A DNA stretch of 63,878 bases, filler included, from Octopus bimaculoides (GCF_001194135.2; 6 parts of 5 records of this genome joined end to end with filler, not necessarily neighbours in it), one strand, 5' to 3'; positions 38,136 to 50,400 are shown, counted from the first letter of the whole stretch. Translations and numbers: made by a program. The notes: generated by a model not told the origin, from the letters alone.

Positions 38136-39120
38136 CACGAGCTTGCAGATAAATTGAGACAATTTTTACGATGCATAAAACTAGTAATAAATACTAAAAT
38201 AATGGTAGTGGACAGATATGTAGATATAATTTTAACGTAACATTTATTACAAATTGTTGATACTCGAAAGTGGTGAAGCATCGATCATTGCTTGAAGTAC
38301 GCACAATAAAAAGTAATCGAGAATGTTGAGATCTGAGCTATTACTGGTACAGATGCAGGCCCTCAGAAAAATGGCACCTTGTCACCAAAGAAGGCCTCCG
38401 TTACTTTTCACCTATGGCATGATGCAGATCTTCAAGCCAGACTCAATGAAGTGTGGATCCATGACACTTCCCTCACTCGTCATGGCTCCAAATAACACCA
38501 CAGAGGTAGAATTCTTAGTTTCAAACAGTGGGGACGTCAGAACAGTTGTATGCTGTTACTAAAGAATTTCTGCAATTCACCTCAGCGTCCACAGTGAACC
38601 TCTCCTCGTCCACAAACACGGAAGTGTTTCCTGCACCTTGATGCTTGATGAATGGTAGATATTTTGGGCATCTCTCAGCTCTGATTGTTTGGCGTCGAAC
38701 ATAGAGAGTCATGCCACATTGCGTTTCTTTCCAAGAGTTGTCACGGATGTGGATGAACCCACTTCAGTCAAGCTTTTGAGGCCAGTGAGAAACTTTGCAT
38801 TGCATTTGGAATCACTTCGAGTCTTGTGTTCTTTACAATCAGTCTTTCTCTCTTCTTTAAATTGTTTATACACACAATAAAATGTCGATTTTGGAAGTTC
38901 CATCAACGAAACAATTTTATTGGCAGTGTGCCCAGTGCGCGCTAAAACAACAATAGCAGAACTATTCTGTTATTCTATAACTTTCTGTTGTTGAATCAGT
39001 TACCAGAAAAATAAAGAGGAAGATTTGATTATTAAGCAAGCAAGGTTTTGAAAAAAATGAAATGTTAAACCCACTAAGTCAACTGCTTAAAATTGGTCTC
39101 AATTTATCTACAAGACTGCA
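38136..39120 (-). mobile_element. maT/DD37D-like Tc1/mariner relic, 985 bp, internally deleted
   Basis: TA flanks (38134-35, 39121-22); inner TIR match CTTG(C/T)AGATAAATTGAGAC (18/19); broken ORF with FVDEERFTVDAEVNCRN, TKNSTSVVLFGAMTSEG and SSDLNILDYF (third catalytic residue D). Confidence 0.85.
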
Positions 39121-39143
39121 TATATACATACATGCGCGCGCGC

Positions 39144-39197
<54 letters not shown>

Positions 39198-41951
39198 ATG
39201 AGAGTGTTACCTGTAAACATGAACAAATAGTGAGACATGTTACGACTGTCTCATACTTTTCATGTGTACAAAGAGAATAGCAAGATGTGTTTTCATCTGT
39301 TGAAAGTTTTATAGTGAAGGCTTTGTAAAGTACAGTTTAAATTTATTTTAGGTTTCTTAGTACATATTAGTAGATATTCCGCTGTATCAAATATTTATTA
39401 ACTTACAGGAAGATAGATAGATAGACAGATAGCTAGATAGATACGTACACACATACATACATAGAGTACATCTAATCCAAATATGGAAAGAAATGAAAAT
39501 GCTTTTAAAGCATGATGAAAAACAAATCCTACCTCCATCTAACTCCTCTCAACAACTTATAAATCCTACAATCTCGTCAATTCCTTTTTTTTCCTCTCAC
39601 TTGCAACTACACTATGGAGTTTATCGCCAAATAATTTACCCAAATTCTCTCACCCTTACTTGCTGCATTTCTCTTCTACCTCCATGTCAGCAACCAAGTT
39701 CTCCGCTTTTAATCTTTTCAACCAGCTTCTCGCAGCCCCTGTTTATTCTGCTTAGCAATATCTCCTTACTATCACTTTTCACAATGATGGCTGCAATACT
39801 CTTGATATTTGTACATCTATTATTCCGACGGGAACAACAAGTCGTCTTTCCTCTGAGATCGACTTTTCACTATCTGTTTCTATCTATAAAAAATACGCAC
39901 ACATACTGTTGAAAATATGACAGCTATACACATACTTCTCTTTCAGTAACTTCACTGTTAGAGGAAGGTAAAACAGTTTTATGCAACTTATTTCTCATAC
40001 TGTTTGAAAAGGACGCAAACCTAAATGTCATGATTCCTTTGAATAAAATCATAAGTCAAGAAATTTATACACATACTTTAGATTATGAATTAGCTGAAAT
40101 ATACTTAAAAATAAATGTGGTACTTAAAGTTTATTTTTATGAAAATGTGACTTCTATGACTTTTTATGACGATGCCTTAATTGTTCCCAAGAGAAAATTC
40201 AAAGCTACTATTACACATCTTTTAACTTTTTACATGCTTCAATCAACATTTGGATTGTTTTCTGAAAATCGTTCTAAAACACGAGTTATCTCACTAACAC
40301 TTTTAGATAAAACTTCTGTTAAGCCAGAATCTTTTCTCCACTATGTGATCTAGCCACTTTCTGTTTCTGTTATCTCCTTAAAAGTTTTCACTGATGTTGT
40401 GTGTGTGTGTGTGGGGGGGGGGTCTTGTTTCCAGTATGCGAATAGATTTAGACTATCATCATATCACCAAAAAACACCTTCAAATCTCACATTTTGCACT
40501 AACTGTATAAGGTTATTTACTACTCTACAGACTGTTTTACTTGCCATCTTACAACTGGACATAATTTTCTCCACTTTATCATCAAGATAAATTTGATACT
40601 GTTTTTTGTATTTGTTTGAATAAACATAATTCGTTCAGAATTCTTTGACAACTGATATTTATCACTAGTCTCTATAATCAACTGATTTAAATATATTCTA
40701 ATATAATGTCTTGAACTGAGAGAACTCGTATTTTTGAAGTTATATTTCGAGGAAAGGAAACGACATGTTGGAGTGAATTGAGATTACAAAATGCCCAGGA
40801 GTGTTGCCTAAAGATAGATGTGCCTGACGCCAGAATTTTTTTTTTCTCGTGATAACATTTGGCCGCAAAGAAAAAATGTTTACTAAACAATTCCGTAAAC
40901 AAATTCTGTACAGCCAAAGAATTTCTGTTACATTACTATATAACGGCCAAGATTTAGGACACGTTTCATATAACTTCAAGAATTAGAAAGATAGATCTGC
41001 AATAGCTTAATTTTCGAGCCACAATTGGTGCTTGCTCACTAAGAAAATGAAACAATCTTTTGCTGCTTTATATTATCCAGTTTTCATTTCCTATAGTGAA
41101 TAAAAAATTTAGAGGGAAAATATTTTCTAAATATCCTACATCCGTTCCCATTTAAAAATAGTTTAGTTGTGGATTTTCTTTTTCCTTCAGTTGTGCAGGG
41201 AATTTTGATACAGTCCGGATGTCATTACCAACCGATTCCTAAGTTATTCAAAAACAAGTGAGATTAAATCGTTGAATGAACTTTTCAAACCAGTAGCAAA
41301 AAACAGAAAATATGGGTGACTTCCTGAGATTTATCATGTTTCAACTGGTTCAGTAACTATAACATTTTGCTTGTTAATAGCTTTGGAGTGTGGTAAGTGA
41401 CACTGTGATGCGTAATCCACTTAGGCATGTCGTCTTTCCATATTTTTGCTATGAGTTTATTATGTGCGTTTGAGAGTTTAAAAACGTTACGCTCACTTAA
41501 CTTTTGCATGACTACATTTATACTGTCACGTTGATTCTTTATTGCTTTTTTTTTGTTTAAAGTTGGCCGTGCAAGTCCTGATGAATCCATAACATTTCTC
41601 TTTCCATGCTATTATTCTCTTTTATAATCTTTATTTTGGTATCTTGCGAAACATAATAAAATAGTAAGTGTACTGAAATATACTGTACTGTAAGATATTA
41701 CGAAATCCTACACAAATGTTGCCATTTGACACGAATAAACACTCAAGAACGTAAAACAGAACTAAGTCTGTGTGATTATGCTTATTTTTTTAGGATGCGC
41801 TGCCAAAATAACGAGATAGTACTTTAGATGGAGATTCTAGAAATGTCGAGCAAGGAAAATATTTTTTCTTGTGATTTTAGTTGCTGAGTAGATGCAACAA
41901 AAAATTTAGCTTTAATGAGCCATCATTTGAAGAAGCGTAAATTGAGGTACG

Positions 41952-42002
<51 letters not shown>

Positions 42003-42221
42003 TCTTTTACTTGTTTCAGTCATTTGATTGCGGCTATGATGGAGCATCGCATTTAGTCGAAGAAATTGACCCCAGGACTCATTGCTTCTAACCTTAGTAC
42101 TTATTTTATAGGTCTCTTATGCCGAACCACTAAGCTTCAGGGACGTAGACACACCAGCATCGGTTGTCTAGCAATGGCAGAGGAGCAAACACAGACACAC
42201 ATACATAGACAAATACATATA

Positions 42222-43458
42222 CAGGGGTTGGACAAAATAATAAAAACAAAATTTATTTTAATTTGGGGTAGGATCGACTTTGGCAGTAATTACAGCTTAG
42301 ATTCTACGTGTTATGGACTCGTACAAAGTTTGAATTGTTTCCAAAGGAATTTTTGTCCATTCTCCAGTTCTTGTAGTGATGATGATGATGGTGGAAGATA
42401 TTAACTCCTTACTTGTTTTTCTAAAATACACCATAAATGTTCAATAATATTGAGATCTGGGGACTGTGGTGGCCAGATATGATGTTCAACTTCACTAGAA
42501 TGTTCTTCGTGCCATTCAGTAACAACTTTACCTGCGTGAATTGGTGTATTATCATCCTGAAACATTACGTTTCCCCCCGGAAACAGTTCCGCAACCATAG
42601 GATGAATTTGATTAGATAAAATGCTTAAATAGTCTTGACTACTAATTCTGCCATGAAGGGAAACCATTGGGCCGGCGGATTTCCAAGATATAGCCCCCCA
42701 GGTCATCACAGATCCTCCTCTATGTTTAACAACTGGAAAAAGGCAGTCTGGGTCAAATGCTTCTTTTGGCTGTCTCCACACTTATACTTGGCCGGTGGTC
42801 GGACATAAGGTAAAGGATGACTTGTCCGAGAGAATAACATTCTTTCATTGCTTTAGTGGTCAATCCTGTAGATTTTCACTCCACTCAAAACGCTTTACAA
42901 CGTTTGTTTTTCAAAGTAGGGGTTTTCTGATTGCAGACCTCCTGTGAAATCCGGCTTTGTGCAGCTCCCGGCGAACAGTTCTTGTGGAAACTGAGTTCTC
43001 AATGTGGTCATTAAGCCCTGCAGTAATTTTTGGAGCTGTACTTTTGTGATCCGTTCTAACAATTCGCGTAAGAGTTCAACGGTCCCTATCTGAAAGTTTT
43101 GGTTTTCTTCCGGGGTTTGTTTCGAGCAGGAGATTTTTCCCTCTTTCTCAAAAGCTGTCATTACTTTCGAGACAGTACTTCTTGATATACGTAATATTTC
43201 GGCTGTTTTCATTACGCTAGCGCCTGCCATATGAGCACCAACAATTTAACCTCTTTGAAAGTCCGATAGATCTGTCATTTTAATGAATTTTAATTACGTT
43301 TTTCTGATGATATCTGAAACGAAACAGCAATGTTAGCAAAACACATTAAGCAACAGTAATAATAAATCAAAAAACATAAAAATAAACAAACTTCTGACGG
43401 ATTATAGATATTTCAAAATTATGATACTAGGTGTTTCCATTATTTTGTTCAACCCCCG
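42222..43458 (-). mobile_element. Tc1-like DNA transposon, 1237 bp, TA target duplication
   Basis: TIRs CAGGGGTTGGACAAAATAAT / ATTATTTTGTTCAACCCCCG; TA at 42220-21 and 43459-60. Confidence 0.95.
42258..43278 (-). pseudogene. Tc1 transposase pseudogene with DD36E spacing
   Basis: MTDLSDFQRG*IVGA..., VILSDKSSF, VKHRGGSVMTWG, FQDDNTPIH, WPPQSPDLNIIEHLW; D at 42551-53 and E at 42440-42 are 36 codons apart; several stops and frameshifts. Confidence 0.93.
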
Positions 43459-43756
43459 TATATGTAGATACGACAGGTTTCTTTCAGTTTCCATTTACCG
43501 AATCAACTCACAAGACTTTCTTCGGCCCGGAGATATAGTAGAAAACACTTGCCAAAGGTGACACGTAGTGGGACCGAACCTGGAACCAGGTCGTTGGGAC
43601 GCAAGCTTCTTACGACACAACCACGTCTGCGCCTATATATGTATATGTGTGTGTGCGCGCATGTATTTGTGTGTGTGTGTGTGTGAATGAAAAACACCCT
43701 CTGTTATATGGACTGTTAGATATGTAATTCGTCTGACGTTCCGTGTGTCATGTGGT

Positions 43757-44029
43757 TCGTCTGAGTTCATTGTTGCTTAGACGTGTGAGCAGACACTTTA
43801 GGTTGTTTAAGTGACTGTTTGCATCTTTCCCACTGACGAGCATGTCATCCTGGAAGACGGCCACTCCAGGTAGATCATGGGTCAGGTTTTCCATGATCTC
43901 CTGAAAGTAACCAGGTGCTGACTTGATTCCGAAAGGGAGTCGTTGTTGCAGGAGTACTCCACGGTGAGTGCTGAGTGCGAGTCTGCGTTGACTTTCTGGA
44001 GCCAGCTTGATCTGATTATAGGCATCAGC
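43757..44029 (-). pseudogene. Ty3/Gypsy reverse transcriptase fragment running into a gap
   Basis: Open frame ADAYNQIKLAPESQRRLALSTHRGVLLQQRLPFGIKSAPGYFQEIMENLTHDLPGVAVFQDDMLVSGKDANSHLNNLKCLLTRL; contains the LPFG and xxDD motifs. Confidence 0.9.
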
Positions 44030-44129
44030 NNNNNNNNNNNNNNNNNNNNNNNNNNNNNNNNNNNNNNNNNNNNTTAATTAATTAANNNNNNNNNNNNNNN
44101 NNNNNNNNNNNNNNNNNNNNNNNNNNNNN

Positions 44130-44168
<39 letters not shown>

Positions 44169-44192
44169 GTATGTATTTTTGTGTGTGTTTGT

Positions 44193-44335
44193 GTATAGAC
44201 AGAAGACGCTTGACTTACCTTCAAGACTCCAAAAGTGCAAGAGAAAGGCTACTCCTGTTAAGAGTGAATAAAATAATTGAAGGCGGAAACCAAAATGACA
44301 AGCAGGAAGTTTTTAAATACTTCGAATTAACAAGT
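44193..44335 (-). repeat. 143-bp duplicated segment, copy 1 (copy 2 at 46557-46699), containing an exon-like 36-mer at 44219-44254
   Basis: About 9 mismatches between copies by eye; minus strand TTATTTTATTCACTCTTAACAG|36 nt|GTAAGT. Confidence 0.8.
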
Positions 44336-46556
44336 AAATTATTTGAATGTTTGGTGATGTGTTCTACAGACACACATGTGTGTATGTGTTAATTAAATGA
44401 TCGTGATAACGACCTATATGAAACAGAAGTCAATCTATGAACTATTACTTTATAAGATATTTCGAAGCTAAAACTTCACAGATTACTGCTAGTTTCACAG
44501 ATCCTTTTTCGAAGCAACTGTAGACATTGAACAGCTCTACAATACAGACTAGATGACGGAGAATGTCCTCAGATTGTTCAAATAGTTATTAAGTATTGTA
44601 CTGGACAATAATACAGAATGGTTTTTGGGAAGAAATGAGGAGAGAATGCCAGAATGTTTTAATGTCAAGAAAAATTGAACAATAACTAACAAGTGGAAAA
44701 TAGAATTTTCTATCGAAAACGAAAGAATTTTCTATCGAAAACGAAAAGATAACGAATGTGATTTAAAATGAGTGGGAGCGGGGAGAGGGAAGTATGGTGG
44801 CGCATTATATTTTGGGATAGAACAGGGATTTTGGCTTAGTTTTTAGATCTTAATACGAACATGACAGAGGTGCTTTTTGCATAGGCTGTCGTTTTATATC
44901 ATAACTTTAAGAGGTAAGTAATTAGCTAGTGGTTCTATCGGCTATTATTTAAAGTGTAGGAAACATTAAAATTAGGGAAACCGTTAAGATTAAGCAAGCT
45001 AGTTTTTAACACTGAACTTAATGAAATCACAGTCATATATAGAAAAACAATGAGGAATGAGTTTATAACACAATTCAGCTCTTATGTGAGAAACCATTGA
45101 TCATAGAATTTCTACTGTGTCCATGAGATATACAGGACGCACAGATACGTTTAGTAAAATTTTAGCAATCTGAGTTCTAATGGAAAATTTCCAACCGGTG
45201 AGACTATGAAATGAAGCTCATCTGAAAACATTCAACGGAAGTAACGGTAATAACAATTCATATTTCCAACAATCCCCCATTGAAGTGACGAAAGGAGCTC
45301 ATCACTAACCTGTCCATGCATTCGATGCTACACTTTCAAATGTACACGGTACTATTTCTCTTCCCTGATGCTACCAGTGCTTATGCACTTAGAGAACACG
45401 TGTTTCAAATCCTCGCTTCAGCCTCACCATTTGTAAGAATAAACATAGGACTACAATTACCTGAAATTCTTGTCTGTCTTAAGTATCCCAGTAATGTAAC
45501 TGAAGTTAAATTGACGATGAGGGCGAGGAGAATGATAGTGATAATGACAATGATGATGATGACAGCCATGGATTATGATGATGATGATGATGAGTGTAAT
45601 GACGATTACGATCATAATGATTATAATTACGCTGATAATGACAATGCTGACGACGATGAAAATGATGATGAAAATGATGATGATGTGCTAATTATAATGA
45701 TGATGATGATGACATCGACGATGAGGATGATGATCATCAACCTTACGAAGATTCATGAGTGTGAACCTAAACTGAAAACCTTTCCAATTTGAACCTGGCA
45801 TGAGCATCTCCTCGCCAGTTCCCCATCATCTATCCTCAATGAAAGAACTGGACTCCTTTGTTTTTACAGTTATTCAGTCGTCATTTACTCACGTGATCAT
45901 TTTTTTTTTGCTAATGGATCAGTTGAACATATGTATCAGCCACTTGCCTTTCTCATATGAAGCTACGCACTCGCACACCCCTAGCTGAATGGCCAGCCCC
46001 TTATTTAGAATAGTATTATTATTATCTTTTGCCACTACTACGAATACATCTATTTCTAGGATAAAGGGAATCTGATGGAAAGGAGTTCAGAGAAAACTAG
46101 ATCTTACCCTTTCTTCTCTATTATTGAACATAATATAGCAGCATAGCTCTAAGTAACTATACTAATTGTATGTAAATATGTGTTAAATTACATTAACTAA
46201 GCTAATTACACAAGCCGAAGAAATTTTTTTTTTTTTTCCTATCTGAGTTTTGTTTTAAATGAAATCTTCATTTGCGTAGCATCTCTTTATCGCTGCTTTT
46301 AGCGAGATCAAAGTGAAATATTCGTAAGAAGTGAACTATTTTAAGTAAATTATGGTGGAGCTTGTAATGGTTACAATTAAAACAGATGTCTTATTGCTCT
46401 AAAATTGTTGCATTTTCCATTTTTACCTGTCATTAAATCACAAAATACTTGTATCATGTGGGAGTATATTAATTTGAATTTTGTGTACATGCCTTGGTTG
46501 AGTTAAATTATGTTAACTACACCATTTTAATGAAGAACAGATCAACGAACTTCCTT

Positions 46557-46699
46557 GTATAGATAGAAGAAGCTTGACTTACCTTCAAGACTCCACAAGT
46601 GCAAGAGAAAGGCTACACATGTTACGAGTGTATGAAATAATTGAAGGCGGAAATCAAAATGACAAGCAGGAAGTTTTTAAATACTTCGAATTAACAAGT
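46557..46699 (-). repeat. 143-bp duplicated segment, copy 2
   Basis: Donor AG|GTAAGT retained; acceptor AACAG changed to AACAT. Confidence 0.8.
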
Positions 46700-47492
46700 T
46701 ATTTAATTTACGTGTTAACTCGAAGAATTAAGAGATGGCACAATAAAAGCATCTCTGCAGCATAGATAATATATGGAATTACCAATTGTTGGTTCGTATA
46801 GTGTTAGTAGCACTGCTAGTAGCCAGATCGCGTACTTTCAAGCAGCCCCAATTAACACAGCTGAACGTAAATATAGTTGAATGGGAACAGTTCGCCTCCT
46901 GTAAGCAGAAGGAGCACTGTAAAACTAAAACGTGCTTCGTCGGCATGCAATGCTGAATTCAAATCATCGCGTTAATGTAACTTTTAGAAAAATAAAATCA
47001 ATCGGATATTTTTTTTTATTTTTTCAAGCTGTAGAACATTATGATAAGTGTGCAGCCCAAAGAATGCACCACACAACATACATGAAGTACCGGAAATCAT
47101 TCTTAAATAATGGCTATGAAAGAGATGTATTGATTGAATGGGCTATTCATAAACAGAGTAAATAAATATTGCGAGACCATTATGGTTGAAATGCAATTTT
47201 CATGTACTTAACTGGTTCATTATCAAAATACAGTGCCTAGATTAGAAACCATCCTGAAAGTGTTGACACACCTTTGCGCATAAGACATTTAGAAATATAT
47301 TCTCCAAACATTACGCCTTTATTTTTTTCTCTATTCCAATATATTGATTTGCTTCATCCTTCTATTATTAAAGAAAATTTTTCAGTATTTCTAGGAAATA
47401 TATTTAGAATTTATTATTTAAAAAAAAATTATGTTTTATATTTCATTGTTTCAGTTATTGGGACACCGTCACGCCGAAACATTACAAAGATA

Positions 47493-47822
47493 TATTTACA
47501 TTGTTTACATTATTTACATTCGACGGATATTTGTCCCCATCTTGTTTGTAGTTAACGGCTGATATACCCTCCAGCCTTCTTCGGGTGTCTTGGGGAAATT
47601 TTGAACCTGGATTCTCATTTCTAAGATATTTTTCGATGTTGTTGTTGTTGTTGTTGTTGTTGTTCAGGTCACTGCTTGGAATCGAACTCGAAATCTTGGG
47701 GTTAGAAATTTCCCCAAGAGACCTGATGAAGGCTGGAGGGTATATCAGCCGAAACGTTGTGTTAACAACAAACAAAATAAGGACAAATATCCGTCGAATG
47801 TAAATAATGTAAATAATGTACA
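47493..47822 (-). mobile_element. Penelope-type non-autonomous element: inverted hammerhead-bearing terminal repeats around a tRNA B-box and (AAC)9
   Basis: Inverted arms 47493-47601 / 47706-47822; hammerhead GAGAC CTGATGA a GGCTG..CAGCC GAAAC GTT GTGTT at 47718-63 (+); B-box GAGTTCGATTCC at 47678-89 (-). Confidence 0.75.
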
Positions 47823-47849
47823 TAATTCCTCATCTCTTAAATAAAGAAC

Positions 47850-48170
47850 TGTACAAATATTTAGTTAAACAAATCGATTCTACTACTTATTTTTCTAAGA
47901 CTGGTCTTTATTCTATCAAATCTTTTTGTTGAACCGCTAACTTAATGGGACTTAAACAAACCAACCAAGGTGGGTGTGACAAGCACAAAGACAGATAGAT
48001 ACATACTCACACGATGGTTTTTTTCAGTTTCTGTAAACCGAAACCACTCATTATGCTTTGATCGGTCGGGGCTATAGTAGAAGACACTTGCTCTATATGC
48101 TACATTGCAGTTCTGAACTTGAAATCATGTAGTTGAGAAACAAACTTCTGACCATGCCTGTGCCTATATG
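47850..48170 (-). mobile_element. Degenerate family B SINE
   Basis: GAACCGCTAACTT...TTTCAGTTTCTGT...GGCTATAGTAGAAGACACTTGC...CCATGCCTGTGCC. Confidence 0.7.
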
Positions 48171-48239
48171 GATTTATTATCTCAAAGCCATTTATTTGCT
48201 AATAGCGTGGTGTAATCGATTGAACAATCGACTCCTGTA

Positions 48240-49005
48240 TGTTATTTTTATTTATCACATGGATTACTGTAGAATGCAAGATACAGCAAACTCTGGCGGG
48301 ATTTCACTATAGACCGTAAAGAAACCTTAATGTAGTTTGACTAAACACCATCGTTGCCATTCTATTACCTTATATCCTTTTAACAATGATTTCAGATTTT
48401 GGTACAGAAAGGCAATGTCGAACTCAGTGGAATTCGAAATCAGAATGTTAAGACAGACGAAATGCCTCTAAATATTTTGACCGGTGTGCTAAAGATTCTG
48501 CCAGCTCACCGATTTTTAGCCTTTAATAATCTTTTCTACTAAAGGCACAAGACTTGAAATTTTGGGGGAAGGGACCAATCAATTACATCAACCCTAGTGT
48601 TTCACTGGTACTTAATTTATCGACCCCGAAAGGATGAAAGGCAAAGTCGACCTCGGATGAATTTGAACTCAGAACGTACAGACAGACGAAGAGCTGCAAA
48701 GCATTACACCCGGCGTGCTAACGATTCTGCCAGCTCGCCGCTTTATATATTCTTTAATAATGGCAGCGATTATGCATTCAAGAGTCACATTTAATAACGG
48801 TTTCTGATTTAAGCACAGGGCCTGCAATTCTGGGTTGACGTGTTTATTAAATATTGACGCCAGTTTTCAATTGGTACTTTATTTTCTCGACCTCAAAAGT
48901 ATCAGTCAAAGATGACCTCGGTGGGATTTGAACTCAACGTAGAACCGTGACAAATATCACGGCATTTTTTCCGATGCTCTTATGATTCTGCCAATCCACC
49001 GCCTT
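48240..49005 (-). mobile_element. Head-to-tail cluster of 3-4 family A SINEs
   Basis: Repeated (G/T)GGAATTTGAACTC / GATTCTGCCAGCTC(A/G)CC units; best copy 48545-48740. Confidence 0.8.
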
Positions 49006-49284
49006 TAGAGACACTTTTATTAATATCGTCAGAGGATCGGACACAATGCTTTGTTGTATTTAATTATGGCCAGTTACGTACTGACTTCAAATTCCATCTA
49101 AGTCAACTTAAGTTTCGTAGTTGATTAACTAATATAACGTGGTCGAAGTGATCAACTATACCCTACTGCAAAATATGAGGTTTGGTACGACAAGAAACAA
49201 TATATTGAGTAGAGTGGTACCATTACAGAATTGGCAGATCATCTTTCGAAAAGTATTGCATTATTAATTGACATCGTTCTAAAG

Positions 49285-49490
49285 GAGGCGAGCTGACAGA
49301 ATCGTTAGCACGCCAGGAAAAGTGCTTAGCGGCATTTCGTCCGTTTTAACATTGAGTTCAAATTCCTCCTAGGTCGACTTTGCCTTTCATCCTTTCTTGG
49401 TCGATAAATTAAGTATCAGTCAAATACTGGAGTCGATGTAATCGACTATCCGCCACCCAACAAATTCCAGGTCTTGTGCCTATAGTAGAA
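49285..49490 (+). mobile_element. Near full-length family A SINE
   Basis: GGAGGCGAGCTGACAGAATCGTTAGCACGCC...GAGTTCAAATTCC...GCCTTTCATCCTTTC...GATGTAATCGACT. Confidence 0.9.
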
Positions 49491-50329
49491 TAACGGTGGA
49501 TGTTGGTGATATGTGGGGTTATCAATTATTTAATTGCGAGGTGTAGATAGAACGCTAGAAGTAATATACACTTGTAACGACGTTCAGCATGTATGTTGAA
49601 GATACCGACATTTCATTAACATCACCGTTATAAGACAGTTCAAATAGGATAAGAAAATGTGTTTTTGATAACAAGGTGAAGATTTCTGTGGAAGCGAAAT
49701 TAAGAACTCATGTTTATCTTAAGAATGTTATTTCGTTTCTTCATACAAGGTTGGCTGTATTCTCTCGTTGACAAAGGCTTCATTATAACTTCATAAGGTG
49801 TATGCAAATAAATATTTAACTAATCCATTTTCCTTGTAATAATACGATGAAAGTTCGTACAGATAAATATCAAGAGAAGAAGGACTGGGTTTAACACCAA
49901 TCATTTATTTACAGAAAGTCAAAATATATCAAATGAATTTATCACAGTATAATAGTAATAGGAAAAAATGTACAACTTAGCATAAAGAAGAAAATCATTT
50001 TTAAAAAAGGAGTCTGTCCATAGAATGACGACACGAAAAATGTTCTTAACTAGTTCCTCAAAACTACTCTAAAAAGATTGACGAAGGCATGACATAAAGT
50101 CATGAGGGGGAACAATGTAAAATAGCATTGCCAGAATGAGTGACAAGGTCCCGTGTGGCAAACAGAGTGTTACTGAATAACTTCCCAAAAATTAGGGTTT
50201 TTATAACTGCCCTAAACCCGATTCTAATAACCTTTCTTAGCCTGCAATTGCTTCTGTGTAAAGCCCTTGTGTCTAATTTCATGAAATAAAGAAACTTTAT
50301 ACGAATATTAGAATCGATGTATGGACAGT

Positions 50330-50400
50330 CAAATCGACCAATGAAAAAGCGTAAGACATTTTATAAACAAAAGAGAGTCGATACGATTATGACGTCATGA
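50330..50400. promoter_or_regulatory. Candidate promoter module: CCAAT, TATA-like and palindromic CRE
   Basis: GACCAATG (CCAAT 50338-42), TTTTATAAA (50359-67, TATA-like on both strands), ATGACGTCAT (50389-98). Confidence 0.4.

Larger units (their letters stand above)
42003..43632 (-). mobile_element. Family B SINE split by a Tc1 insertion (halves 42003-42221 and 43459-43632)
   Basis: Both halves are colinear with the intact copy at 31868-32257; the break is in the internal microsatellite. Confidence 0.85.

Noticed and set aside
44485-44520. GAAACTAGCAGTA hammerhead-like end (minus)
   Set aside because: No CUGANGA core upstream.
47022-47165. Plus-strand exon-like stretch (TTTTCAAG|...FLNNGYERDVLIEW)
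   Set aside because: Could be an exon or a Penelope NGYP-like remnant, but there is no strong donor or partner exon; unresolved.
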